Positions 13,215-26,385 of a DNA stretch of 64,000 nt are shown here, in pieces. The translations under genes were made by a program, and so were the position numbers. The first letter of the stretch is position 1, and the number at the start of each line of letters is the position of its first letter. A model generated the notes under the pieces. That model was not told where the DNA came from. It did no database searches and saw nothing but the letters and a program-made list of their open reading frames with translations. The stretch is from Phoronis australis (lineage: Eukaryota; Animalia; Phoronida): assembly GCA_002633005.1 (NCBI GenBank), contig NMRA01000531.1:78590-142589 (forward strand). Direction: 5' to 3'.

Positions 13215-13495
13215 GAGACTACACTAAAAACAAGTGGATGGCCGCCTATGCACATTGGTCCTACGGCGAGGAACCGTGCACAGGAGCTAGGATACATGGC
13301 ATCTGCATACCGACAGTCAAGGACTTGCCAAAACTCGTCCAACGTAAAGAGATGTTCCTTAACAAACTCAAGCCTTTCGACTACGACTTTGTGGTCGCGC
13401 ATTGTCTTACGGAATGGCTCAAAGACAGAGTGGACAGGGATCCACCATTCAATTTGACCACCTACCAAGAACTGCCATTTGTGAAGGAAAGATGA
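13215..13495 (+). CDS. GCNT: GCNT gene A, coding exon 2 (C-terminus)
   Basis: Acceptor ttttacag| at 13214. The phase-1 join reads ...SFK-G-DYTKNKWMAAYAHW...PCTG...HGIC...DL...FLNKL...HCL...W, matching the GT14 C-terminal pattern; TGA at 13493-13495. Confidence 0.9.
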
Positions 13496-14127
13496 AGTCC
13501 CGGTTTAAGATTTGCATAGTCATGTTACGTAACTTTATAAAAACTACTCGAGTATTTAATTGCATAGCTAAGTGTACGTGCATAAATACAAAACGTAGCA
13601 AGAGTGTCGTACATGAAGTGATATCCTACGAGACATTATTCCGTCGGTCTCGGTCGATACGCGAAATAATGTCGAGTGGGATATTACTTTGTGTACGCCA
13701 ATCGAGGTACGTTTTGTGTTTATCCCATATGCTTCGAATTCCTAAGTTTTTTCATTTTTTCCTCATACTGTTAACGAGGCGGATCAAATCCTATATGTAT
13801 GAACTTGCGCGTGTGTTGCAAGTTTTCTCTAGTAAAAGAAACAGTTTTAAATGTAACGATTACTTGAAAAGAGATAACAGAGATGAAAACAATGATAACT
13901 TTGCAATGAACTTGTAACATTTTCTGAAAATAGTTAAATAACAACAATATTAGATATTGTAGTTACCGATGAATCAGCGCCAGAGTTGCAGACGATGTAA
14001 TATTTAGCAAATGAAATCTGAGACAGAATGTCATATAACAAGCCCGTAGGAAGGCAAAAATTATTGGGGGGCACAAACCATTTCGACTTCGCCAAACAAC
14101 TCCCGCCCCATCGCCAACACCTCCGCC

Positions 14128-14372
<245 letters not shown>

Positions 14373-16203
14373 ATTGCCCCCGTGCTCCCATATTTGTACC
14401 AAATCTCCCACGTCAGCCCTAGGTGGGGGCACAGTGGCAGATTCCATTTGGCAGTTCGGGGGTGCGAATTCCTCGGACGGGTAAAACCCTGGCTAATACT
14501 CTGCTCTCCCCACAACTCAAAATCCTGGATCCGCCCCTGGGACAATCCCGGGGATGAAGCCACCAAAAGTTGACTAACCGTGAACCAACACGGAGAGTAA
14601 GAATGGGCCATGGACCAGTACACTGACCGGTAGCGAGGAGCTGCCTCAAGTAGGCCTAGCTATAGCTGAGATATGTCAGTGTGAAAATACGAAATTCCCG
14701 ATGAACTAAAGCTAGTTGCTGGTCAGCTCAGCTGTGATTCACTCGAGACAGACAGCTCGTACCGGTCGTCTGCGCTCGCTCTAAAGTCAAGATTCGTTTT
14801 GTTGTGATCCCGGCAGTTTCGGGAAAAATTTGTTTTATTATGGCCATTCTTTGAAGGAGAGTTTTCTTGATGGCCATTGTTTGAAGGAGAGTTTTCTTGA
14901 AAAGGTGAGGTCCCGAAGTCCCTGGTATGTTGTCTTTGGGGCTGTTTTAAAATGCCTAGTTGAAACACGGCCGGTAGTATAGTTTCTGGTGGATAGGGAA
15001 AAGGATAATGTGTCCCAAAAATGTAAACACCTCCTGAACGTCTGGACTTCAAATTCAGTTCCCGTGGATCACTGAGATTCTTCCTGGGCCTACTGCATGG
15101 TTACCTATACATTTTATTTTTAACGTGGGTACGTCAGTCATGACGTGCACGCGAATCAGGACAAACAATCAATTCAGTTTTGAAGAACAAAAATCCATTG
15201 CTCAATACTACTGGAAACTAAAAACACCGAGGCAGAGCAAAGACAACCTTTCCAAGCAATGAGTTTAATTTAATTTATTTAAGGATTTTTAAAAAGTTTT
15301 TTCTATCCACGGTTTGTGAGTCCGAATTTCATCGATGTCTTTGAGAGTTATTTTAGATATGCAAAAATCGTCTATGTGTACTTCACTATTTGGAGATCGG
15401 ATTATAGAGTTTTCCAACTTCAGGCTGCAATTAAATTCACTGAAACGTCATCAGTTCTCCCAAGATTAGCTTCTAATAGTCAAAAATCATCCATGAATCT
15501 TTCGATTTTCGTAGATACGTTAACAAGTAAATCAGAAACCAATGAATTTGTTTATCAAAACGGAACGTTATAAGCAATTTCCGCATGCATGCTTGCAGAC
15601 TCTTGACCGGTAACCGGGGGAATATGGGAGATGGGGCATTCGCAATCAAGTGTATTTTTGCTCATTTCAGAGGTACCTCTAACAATTCACGAGGTAAACT
15701 GGAACTCCACTGACAAAAAATGAAATCTTTGTTTATGATTGCGAGAGTCCTCTGAGTACCCCCTTTCGACATGTACACGGTCATCACAACTAGTAGCCTA
15801 GATAGCAATGTTTACCACAAGTGGGAATTCCTTACAAACAACACTTAGTAACCATCTTCAAAAGAGACAATATTCTTGTGATACTACGGGAAACAGTAAC
15901 ATTATTTTATAACTAACCATCGGAAATGGTCCTTTTGTATAATTCACAAATAGTGGTCTTCACGTTCTTCAAAATTCCACCCTTTCGATTGCGGCAATCC
16001 TTCTGTATTTTTACATATTTTTGGTTGTTTAGGTCGAATGGCTGTGCTGTGCACGAATGTTGTGTTTTTTGATGAATTTGCAATCTCAAGTTACATCGTG
16101 AATACTTGGCAGTGTTGGATTTTCATGTAAAGAGGGACAAATAGACATTTTCCCCTAAACTGCTCAACCGAGAGAGGGAACCATCTGAAATGGGACACCT
16201 TAA

Positions 16204-18056
16204 AGGAGAATGCCACCCGATTTAATGAGTCTTTTTTACCGTCTTAATCGGTCTATATCCACATCGCTTCTTATACGGTCGACCTCACCTTGCCGAGAGG
16301 TGTCGCGTTAACCGGTGAGGAAGGTGAGAAACGACGCAACGACGTCAGTGGTTCGTCTGCAGAGTGAATGCCGCTATATTGTGGTGCATCGTTCCAGCTT
16401 GTCCGAACTAGGAAGCTTCGAAGAAAGCGGGTATATCGTTTGTTCGACTTCCTCGAGAGCTCGAAATGCTTAGGAAGTGACTCGCGGTAGTGAAGAATGA
16501 AAGGCACGCTGTTAATAGCAAATATGAGGCCATGAAACATCTCCGTGTCTCTGGCCGGCATTTCGTCGACAGTAATTTTCCTGACGAATTTCAGCTTACC
16601 AAAGAACTATCCATACGATCCGTTGCCTGTGCATATTCACGGCGCCCCTCTAGTATTTCTTGGTCAGTGTATTCCGGTTCGAACTGATAGCCTTTGAAAT
16701 CTAACGATCCTACCCGTGAAGTCTTCGTCTGATGAGTCTTGACTAAATCGGGATTGGCGCCGGACGAGTTGCCATGTAGACGTTTATTTTCTGCGTTCTG
16801 TTTCAAAATGAATTATACTCATCCTAACCAATACTTATATAAAACTGAAACAAAAAAATATTAGTCTGTCTCATTAGATACACTTTGTAATGCCTTTGCA
16901 GTATTCGTGAGTGCAAATGTTGAGAAGCCATCAATGAATAAATCACTGCGTTGCCGGCAATAAAGGTAATTGACCGGGCACCAAGGCCGTGTGACCGCAT
17001 GCTAGTTCAGTGTTTACTGACAGAAAACTGTTGTGAAACAATTACTAAATTTTATATGCTATGGTCAAATGTTAGGGGAACCTTTATTTAGAAATGAAAA
17101 TACATCATTCAAATCACTGATACTATATACAACATGGGCGGCGCAGCACTGAAAAAAGTGGGGGGGGGGCTAAAGCTCCCTCAGCCCCCCTGTGGTGCAC
17201 CGCATATAGACCATGTGCGGCGTAGCACTGAAAAAAGTGGGGGCCTATAGCCCCACAGCCCCCTATGGTGCCCCGCCCATGTACAACCTTTGCCCTGACG
17301 GTCTGTGGAAGGGGAACCTGACTTCGCAGCCCCCGACAAGTAAATAGATTTTCAGTTTCGTGGCTAATTCATATAAATAATTACGTGCACATTATTTCGT
17401 TGGCTCACTATTACAATCTTTTCGTGGCTGGAGGTTTAGTCTCCACCTCAAGCTGGTTTATGTTCGTGCCAGTCCCGGCGGCGGCGACGGGCCTGATCGT
17501 TTTCCGAGCCACTGGCCGGGATAGTCAGTCCGGTCGCAACGGGCCTGGTTGGGTTCCGAGCCACTGGCCGGGATAACAAGCGTTTTGTGTGTTTAGAACA
17601 AGTCTAAACAACGCAGATCTAGATTCTCCTGTCTGTATTTCACGGAAGAATACTTCGAATTTATCTCCGAACAGATCCCAAACTCCTGCTACGGACCTTG
17701 GTAAATTGACTTGCCGAACCTTGTAGGCTACGGTGCGTCCAAATACCAATAAATCTGTAACGGTGAAATAATACAACGCGTTTGTATAAGAACTCGGCGT
17801 ATTTTTAAGGGCTTTACTTCGAGGTCTGATGATTTATTGGTGTTAAATGATGGATTAAAGCGATAAGCTGACACCAATAACCCGTGTTGTGAACTGCTGA
17901 ACAGACTGCGTGTGAAACCAATGACGTCTTTGGATAATTTCAACACCTCCGTCTGCCGTCAGGTTTCAGGTAACGCAACCGAACCTTACGTTATCGAGTA
18001 GAACTACTGGATCTAAATTGAAACAAAACAGGTTGTTTTTTGGGTGGCATGCTCCT
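16204..18056. mobile_element. non-autonomous Kolobok DNA transposon
   Basis: TTAA|AGGAGAATGCCACCC ... GGGTGGCATGCTCCT|TTAA (TTAA TSD, AGG..CCT ends). Minus-strand GYQFEPEYTDQEILE resembles the KolX N-terminus. Second copy at 46127-48575. Confidence 0.85.
17133..17281. mobile_element. CA..TG hAT-type MITE with 5-bp TSD (TACAA), nested in the Kolobok
   Basis: TACAA|CATGGGCGGCGCA...TGCCCCGCCCATG|TACAA; absent from the second Kolobok copy near 48215. Confidence 0.85.
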
Positions 18057-20544
18057 TTAAGATGAAAGGCTAAATATCAAGCTTTGAAAACGAGTGACAG
18101 TGCATTCGACCGTCGTGTGACCTCCTTCAACATGAAAGCCGGTTGCACGATTTAAAAAAACAGGAAAATAGAGTTAATCCATTCCAACATTGGGCCCTCT
18201 CTCCGTGAGCGGCCCCTTTAGAATTTGTCAATAAAAACACGAAACATGTGGCCACTTGAGTGTCATCAATGGCCTCCTTCAAGGGCAGGGCCTCTAAATA
18301 TGAAAACATCTATATTTTCATATATCAGGAAATGCACACCAACTGATGTTATCCGTCAGGTCATCAATTTTTCTCAAGTAATATACAGTTTCGAGAAAAA
18401 AATAAAGCGAAAGTTGTCTCCGTTATCACTTGACAGAGAGGGGCAACTGGAAAAACATAGTTTTGCATTCGCAATTTTGACTTATTGAATTAAAAATCCA
18501 GCAAATTAATACGCTCCGCAAAAGCTTCGCTTTACAAATTTTCTCGATATTTCGAAATATATGTATGATTGATTTCGTGCGTTTAGACGACCTGTGCTGC
18601 AAAAGCGGAGACCCTAACGACAATAAAGAGACAATGTCCTGGCCAAGGTCCTCAAAAGGTAAACCAAGCACTGATGCAGTTGTTAAATGTTCTCTTGAAT
18701 TTTCTCTCTAATCCGTATTTCGCAGTCTTTCTTTTCTCGACTGTTCTTGGCCCCACGCCTATGTCGGTTGCCACGGTTTAACCCAGATGCCTGAAAATTT
18801 TTGGGGGGCCGTGCCCCCCCCCCGGTTCCTACGGCCCTGTATAATTAACAATCCTCTTCCTGGTGATACGAATGAGACATGATTGCATACTGACTGTTAA
18901 TTACACTGCTACAATTGTATTACTTTAATACTATTTTCCGAAAGTTTGATGACGTCGAGTCGACGTTACCCTGGCCTTTGAACTTTCCGTGTCAGAGGTC
19001 ACTGTAGAAGTAGTGCGGGAGGCGAATACGCCGTATTTCCCCCGACAGATTCAACGCGTACGAGATAAGTCTATTTTGTATAAAGTTAAACAGTAAAAGT
19101 TTACCTTGCAAAAGAATCCAATCCGTGGTACTGACAGCGTGCAATACACTTACCAATTGTCCCGTTCTTAGCGGACTGTCTCACTTTTTGAAATTTTCCN
19201 NNNNNNNNNNNNNNNNNNNNNNNNNNNNNNNNNNNNNNNNNNNNNNNNNNNNNNNNNNNNNNNNNNNNNNNNNNNNNNNNNNNNNNNNNNNNNNNNNNNN
19301 NNNNNNNNNNNNNNNNNNNNNNNNNNNNNNNNNNNNNNNNNNNNNNNNNNNNNNNNNNNNNNNNNNNNNNNNNNNNNNNNNNNNNNNNNNNNNNNNNNNN
19401 NNNNNNNNNNNNNNNNNNNNNNNNNNNNNNNNNNNNNNNNNNNNNNNNNNNNNNNNNNNNNNNNNNNNNNNNNNNNNNNNNNNNNNNNNNNNNNNNNNNN
19501 NNNNNNNNNNNNNNNNNNNNNNNNNNNNNNNNNNNNNNNNNNNNNNNNNNNNNNNNNNNNNNNNNNNNNNNNNNNNNNNNNNNNNNNNNNNNNNNNNNNN
19601 NNNNNNNNNNNNNNNNNNNNNNNNNNNNNNNNNNNNNNNNNNNNNNNNNNNNNNNNNNNNNNNNNNNNNNNNNNNNNNNNNGGGGGGGGGGGCAGGACAG
19701 AGCGGTATTAGGTAGGATTTCGCTCATCAGACATTGGCACTACCGAACTGCCCAATGGAATCTGGGAGAATTTTAGAGGGGGCATGGCCCCCTTCTAAAT
19801 CCGCCACTGGTTCTAGCATGACTTTCCGACCTCATCTGATCGTACGTGGTGGGTTTATTTCTTCAGTCGATTTCGTGCCACTACTCAGAGCGCTTTCGTT
19901 TACACCTGCGCACAATCGTACTTAAAAGGACACCAAACCCGGTTTTGGCCTATAAGCATCTCAGTACTAAAAACGAACTTTCCTGTCCACTTCTCTGGAG
20001 CAAAATAATGCTCTGTAACCTTAGATAATCCTCAAAAGTTTAGGAGAAAATTTGAAAACTCTATTTGAAGTCTCTTAAACCTACGCTTCTCACGAATTAC
20101 AAGGCAACTGTGGGAAAATACCACTCACCAAAGATCATAATGTCTAATATGTGACACAGGGAGTAAGATTTTTTAATTGATTCCTGAATTGGTCATTCAA
20201 GATTGACGTCAATGATACATTAGCAGGTGACACAACGAGGATTAGTTGAAATCATCAAAACGAGAGTTTAGTATCATTTTAAAAACAGCTGCTTGATCTT
20301 TTCATTATTTATTCCGAATCTGGCAAAAACAGTCTGTTACACCGGGCAACTTGAACTAAAAAATGCAATGAGAAATGACCCTAGAAATCAGTGAACCCTG
20401 TGACTGCGTGGGACTGAAATATGACTTGATAAGAGAACTGTTTCAGAGATAAAACACCAAAGTGACTTCCTCCAAGACTACATTCAACCTGCTTTACGAT
20501 TCTTTTTTAAAATATACATGTACATCTGATGCCCTGAAAATATC

Positions 20545-21620
20545 CAGATCAAAGACATAGTCTCATTAAACAGTGAATATGCAAATGAAGTACTAATTTA
20601 CAAAAAACCGAGTCTTTCACTGTGCCAGAAACCATCCGAGAACCAGTTACCATTACAATCGCGCGAAAGTCTCGTTTTGCGAGACCATTTTTATATAAAC
20701 GAGTATGATAATATTTCATCATGAACGGACGAAGACCCAAAGACGTCGGCCAGGAGAACAAAGAAGGCATATAATCTAGTTTATTTGGAACCTCACGTCT
20801 TACGTGTTTTGCGGCAACTCAGATTCCGACTGCAGCTGCAAACATACAGTGAAGTGGCGTTATATTTGCACACACACTTTTAGTACACATTTTTAGGACA
20901 ACACGGGAATCTCTGGGAAGCTCTGACAGCCTTGTGGTTACCCTAATGAAACAGAGCAGAGTTTCTATTCTTTATTTCAGTGAATCAAATAACGATTAAG
21001 TAATAATTGGAGTTACAAGGTTTTTTTATAAGTTCACACTTGTTTTTAAGTGTATCAGTCGTGGACTTTTCTTCAAAACCGCTATACACTTACTGGTCTC
21101 CTTATGTAGTACCACTCACGGCTCACACCCCTCTAGTGTTAGTGTGAGCAATAATTGAAAAACACCTTACAAATGACAACTGGACCAAATATAGAACACG
21201 ACATAAACATATCTGTCAAATACCAACTGAAACTTTAATTTCAACAAACTTAATGAAAATTAAGGCTGAAACAGTGTTTTAAAAGTACGCAAACACGCAA
21301 CCTAAACGATACAGCGACCTCATTTGGCACACTAGTCATCAATCAGTCGTTGCTATGGTAAACATATTACTACGCCAAACACTGAAAACCGCCGGCCGAG
21401 TCCTAAATGTGTTGTATTTAGTCAATACAATCAAATAAAATCGATAATAGTTATAACAATTGTATTGAAGATGCTATGTCTCATTAAACCGTGAATATGC
21501 AAATGAAGTACCTACCGGTTTACAAACAACCCCGGGTCTTCCGGTGTGCCGGAAACTATCCGAGAACCAGTTACCATTACAATCTTGCGAAAGTCTCGTT
21601 TAGCGAGACTATTTTTATGT
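20545..21620. repeat. dispersed repeat block (partly tandem, ~920-bp period) also present at 49255-49870
   Basis: gcaataattgaaaaacaccttacaaatgacaactggaccaaatat and agttaccattacaatc..gaaagtctcgttt are shared; the latter occurs twice here (~20645 and ~21570). Confidence 0.75.
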
Positions 21621-23161
21621 AGTGGTAATGTCCTCGCTAGTTCCCTACGTGCATAGACAACTGGCTACCATCTAGCGGCACGCAGGCAACCAGTGCCCAG
21701 TTGCATGAAACAGTCTCTAATTAGTAGAGGCGGATCTAGGATACAATAAGGGGGAGGGAGGGCAACATCCTCGTGGAATTCGGTGGACTAATAGACCGGG
21801 ATCCCAGAGCTTTTTGGGCATGAAAAGGTAACCAATTTTCTTTGGTGCCACAGTGCTCTATGGGTATCCTGATGCTTTGAAATGATCGTCTGGCAGGTTC
21901 GCTTTGGTGGGTGTGGTCGGGGGAGCCAAGAGAAGGACACTCAAAAATTGAGCTAGATCAACTTTTCTGGTAACCACTCCAAACTGCCTTGGATACCTAC
22001 TACGTAATCCACTGTATCAATATTGGTCATTGCCAGACAATTTCAGTGGTGGGGAGAATCAGCCAGACGGTTATAAACAAGGTGCAAAAATTGAGCTAGA
22101 TCAATCCAAGAGGTAACCGCGTGAAACCAGTTGCAAAATATTCACCGTGAGCCCAGGTGAGCCTCGCCAGACACGCCCAAATACCCGAGTTGAGCTAGAT
22201 CAACCCACCAGGTAGCTGTTTGAAACCAATTACACGATGTTCAGCATGAATGTACATGGCACAAGTGTTAGATGCCAGACAATTTCAGTGGTGGGGTGCC
22301 CCTGCCAGACGATTATCAAAAAGGGTTTAAAATTGAGCTAGATCAACCCAAGAGGTAACCGCTTAAAACCAGTTCCAAAATATTCACCGTAAGCCCAGGT
22401 ATCACTTATAAACACTGCCAGACAAATCTAGTGGTGGGTTAGCCCCGCCAGACACGCCCAAATGCATGAGTTGAGCTAGATCAACCCAAGAGGTAACCGT
22501 TTGAAACCAATTGCACGATGCTCAACATCACTGTACATCGTATAACAGTAAGATGTCAGACAATTTCAGTGGCGGGGTGTCCCNGTTGCAAAATATTCTA
22601 CGTAAGCCCATGTATCATGAATAAACTATGCGAGACAAGTCTAGTACTGGATTGGCCCCGCCACACACGATCAAATATCTGAGTTCGACCAGATTTACCC
22701 GCCAGGTAACCGTTTGAAACCATTTGCCTAATGTTGAGCAACATTCTGCAAGCAACAAAAGGTATTTTACAGACATTTTTAGCGGTGGGCAGTAGCATGC
22801 AGAAGTTTGGTCGATGCAGGGGCGACTTTACATTAGACGCCCCTATCTCAGCATTGAGCGGGGGTGGTTCGAATTTCAAGAACGGTGGACCTTTGGTATT
22901 TTGCAAACGTCGACACAGTAGAAATTTTAGTAAGGCCTTTGACTCAGCTTAATTAGTGGGAAGAGAACATTCTCACATTATCTCCTGACAAAGTTTCAAA
23001 TCAGCTATGCTTAAATGAGTGATAACACCTTATTGCATACTCAAACGGAAGTATGAAGTTTAGTCGATGAATGACTTAACAAAATTGTTTATCTGGTTGT
23101 ATTTTTTAAGTTGCTTACACCGCTGGAAATGGGAACATCCCACTATTTCGAAGGTTTACTA

Positions 23162-24453
23162 CTCGCTCATCCAAAACCTTTACGACAAACAGATGGCGCT
23201 TCTCGCCAATCACGTGTCATTTTATCGCTCAAATAAGACTGTCTGCCAGAGAATCGTAACCAAGCACCTTGACCTACATTCTGCTGCTGCTGACTGTAGC
23301 CACAGGTCACGAGAGTTCATGAAGCAGACAGTGTATGTCCTGATGCGTGGCGAATTTGTGTGGAAAAGAAATCTTTGTGTCCGACATTCCATGTTTAAAA
23401 CCCCTTTTGTAATAACTATTTATAACATATAATTAAGATGAAAGTGTTCAAATAATCTACGCTGTTGTGGTTGCTCGGCCTAAACGCTGGGGTAAAATAT
23501 ATATTCAATGAACGAGACTATGGTGAGGCGACATATAAGTTGGTCAAATAAACCGATTTTTGCTCTTCAATCGTCTAGTTTTTGAGCGAACTTATTGGTC
23601 AGCACTTAAACGTTCACCCGATAAACACCATATAATAAATCATTTTACCATGTCAAAATTAATCCTTTCAGTCAAAAATGCATAAAGAGCTTTGATAATT
23701 CACTTTTAGCTGTTCCATAAATCCCCCATGCAGTGATGACATTAAACATTCTGTCGGGTATTTTTCTGTCAGAAGTTTGTGCCAAACTAAACCTAAGTGT
23801 GTGAGGTGAAATTTGCAGCCTACAATGTTGCAATCCTTTGGGAAGCATGAACATGGTTGCCACCACACCAGCTAATGACTAAACCGGGCCCGGCCACTTT
23901 TCCGCCCGGCGAGACTTTTGGCAACTCAACAACCATAATTTTAATTAGGTTGAAATATAACCACTATATTTTTTAAATTATGCTTGAATTATACATGGTG
24001 ATATACATGTTAGGTTTTATTCTCTTGCGATATTTTCTTTTTCGTTCAGTGTCTCGTTAGCCAACAACAGCCCAGCAGACCGGACTGGCCGTCGCACAGC
24101 AGCTGATGGTTCACCAAGTAGAAACGTCTGTAATATTTTATGTTCTATCAACACTAAGGCAAAAGAGAGTGGTTTCAACTTATATAGTATCTATTTAACG
24201 AACTGAACCAAGCACTATGAACATGTTGGTGGCCATGATTAATAACAGCTGACGGTATAAACAAAGAGTGAAGAACTGAGCTCATCATGTCACAACGGCG
24301 ATGTGACGTCAGCAGCTGTAGAATGTAGGTCAAGGTGCTGGGTCAAGATTCAGTTCACACAAGAATGTCACATGACTGAGTAGCGCTGCCTGTTAGTAAA
24401 GCATCATTGCATCCAGCGCCATCTGTTTGCCGTAAATTTTTTGGATGAGCGGG
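23162..24453. mobile_element. TA-flanked MITE, longer copy of 9249-10213
   Basis: Same TIRs, near-identical body, plus an extra ~345 bp (23530-23878). Confidence 0.85.
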
Positions 24454-24464
24454 TACCTTTTGCG

Positions 24465-24830
24465 TCAGTTCATAGCTTCTCCCACAACAAGACTCGTGCA
24501 GTGCCTCCACGCGGCAACACATGGAGTGGGTTTACTCAGACTAAACTGTGCGGGATCGGGTTGGGGAAGAGGGTTTTCTGTCTTTAGCAGCCGTTGTTGT
24601 TTCCAACGATATGAGATGCCGAAAACCTTGTTGGAAGCATTCTCTGTTCTCGGGTGATTGATCAGTGGCTCTAGAGTGGGAGGCCTCTCTAACCCAATCA
24701 TCCCCCTTTGGCGTGTCTGGTCAGGAGTGATCTTGACTTCGACCTCTTCGGGTCCGATTGATACCCGTCTCAGGTCAGGTGACACGGGGACCCTTGAGAA
24801 CTACTAGAATACCATGGTTCTTGAGTCTTA
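24465..24830 (-). pseudogene. degenerate tyrosine recombinase fragment (DIRS/Ngaro or Crypton type)
   Basis: Across frameshifts: F..FSR (box I Arg-like), EVEVKITPDQTRQRG (SKTDQ..G-like), PDPAQFS then LHVLPRGGTA (HSLRRGGAT-like box II). Confidence 0.55.
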
Positions 24831-25999
24831 AGCCAGTTGCGGCTGGTGGTAAACAACACAGAACTTTGCGTATCAAGTAATCTTGGGCAAACCGCGGTGC
24901 ACGGAGTAGCGCCTGCTGCACTAGGGGGACAAGCCTCTGCACGGTTAGCCCTGCATGGAAGTTGCGAGGTTCTGGCACCTCATGGAGGTAGACATACCGA
25001 CTAGCCTGGGTAGTCCATTGGCAGCAGAGGCCCTTTCGGTGGGGGTTTATATGATTGCTTGGAGGAACCAGGGGAGGAAGCTGTTGAAACCAGTGTCAGA
25101 CCCTATAGGTTTGCGGATGCAGGAAAGCCTTCACTCAGTCTCGCGCTTGTCCCTCGCTGGTTCCCTGCGTGCCGCTAGGTGGGGCTGTAGCCGCGCCAGC
25201 ACGAGCACGCAGGCAAAGATGGTATCACTTAATTTTCCTCGGGAATTTTTTTTTACATCAGCGTTTCTGATTGGCTGGTCGAATTCTCAACAGGCAGCGC
25301 TTTACGTAAACAAACTGGCACGATTGATGGACTCATGTAAATGTGGTCTGTGCTTGAAATTTATGTTCAGGAAATGTGAAGCCTAGAAATTGTGATTGTG
25401 ACTTTTCGGAATGCATCTTTCTACTGTCGATGACTTTTGTTTCCGATAGTGTCCTGTATTCATACAGTATGAATAACACATCGGTTAAACTGATCGATAT
25501 GTGTTTATTGTACATGTATGTGCTTCGAGCACGCGGCTATTAAACATCACTGCACAAACGAAATAGTTGCTGCGACGCCACTTGCATGACAAGGCTAAAA
25601 ATCGTTCACAGTCCGTCATTTTTTTCACGGTTNTACATTAAAAAATGAAACCATAGTCAGATTTCATGCGTATGCGAAATTGCCCGCATGTCTTAAAATG
25701 TGTACGCACTTGCATTTTAAAATCATGATACGAAGTAGGAATACTGATGGATTATCAACCATGACACAATTCATCAAGTCCATGTCAAGATCAAATCCCA
25801 GCGCGACGCATACGGCCAGGTCGAAACTAAATGAATTTAGTGGGTCACCCTGTCCTTGCCACTTCTCACAAAATCATGAAGTCCCATTTAGTCTTCTTAA
25901 ATTTGAAACCGCCATTGGTCGCCGTAGCCGTGCCCCAGATGTTGTCTCTGCTTGAGATTGAGTCGTGATCACACAGAGTAGCAAACCGTAGGAGTTCTG

Positions 26000-26385
26000 G
26001 GCCCAGTCTCGAATCTTTTTACTCGAAATGGAATTCGAAATTAAGTTTGGCGTTGCTCTACTTTAGTGCGAACTCCAGATAAGTGTCTATTACTCTATGC
26101 GCTCAAGTACATAATGACTTACGTGGATGATTTATTCAGTCCTAGTTTGCAGTTGACAAATCCATCATTAAAGCTAAAAGTTCGAGTTTGAACTCGAAAT
26201 TTCGAGTTTTTACTCGAGGTTAAGGGTTTTTAAGTACAAACTTGGACTAGAAACTCACATGCATAAACTATACTTATTCGAGCACAGTCTGATAACCACT
26301 TATCTTGAATTCGTACAAAAGGAGCAGAGGTATTGTCAAAAATAATTTCGAGTTCGTTTCGAGTACAAAGATTAGAGACCTGGTC
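26000..26385. mobile_element. Harbinger-like palindromic MITE (GGCCC termini, CTG TSD)
   Basis: CTG|GGCCCAGTCTCGAATCTT ... AAGATTAGAGACCTGGTC|CTG; same TIR family as 52219-53591. Confidence 0.65.

Noticed and set aside
16729-16750. ctgatgagtcttgactaaa as a hammerhead (also CTGATGA near 925 and 19728 on the minus strand)
   Set aside because: No GAAA box at a workable spacing or no viable stems.
19101-19727. ORFs spanning the N-gap (also 46913-47731 on +)
   Set aside because: They are open only because of Ns.
22868-22880. GGTTCGAAT B-box as a tRNA or SINE head
   Set aside because: No A-box or cloverleaf could be built.
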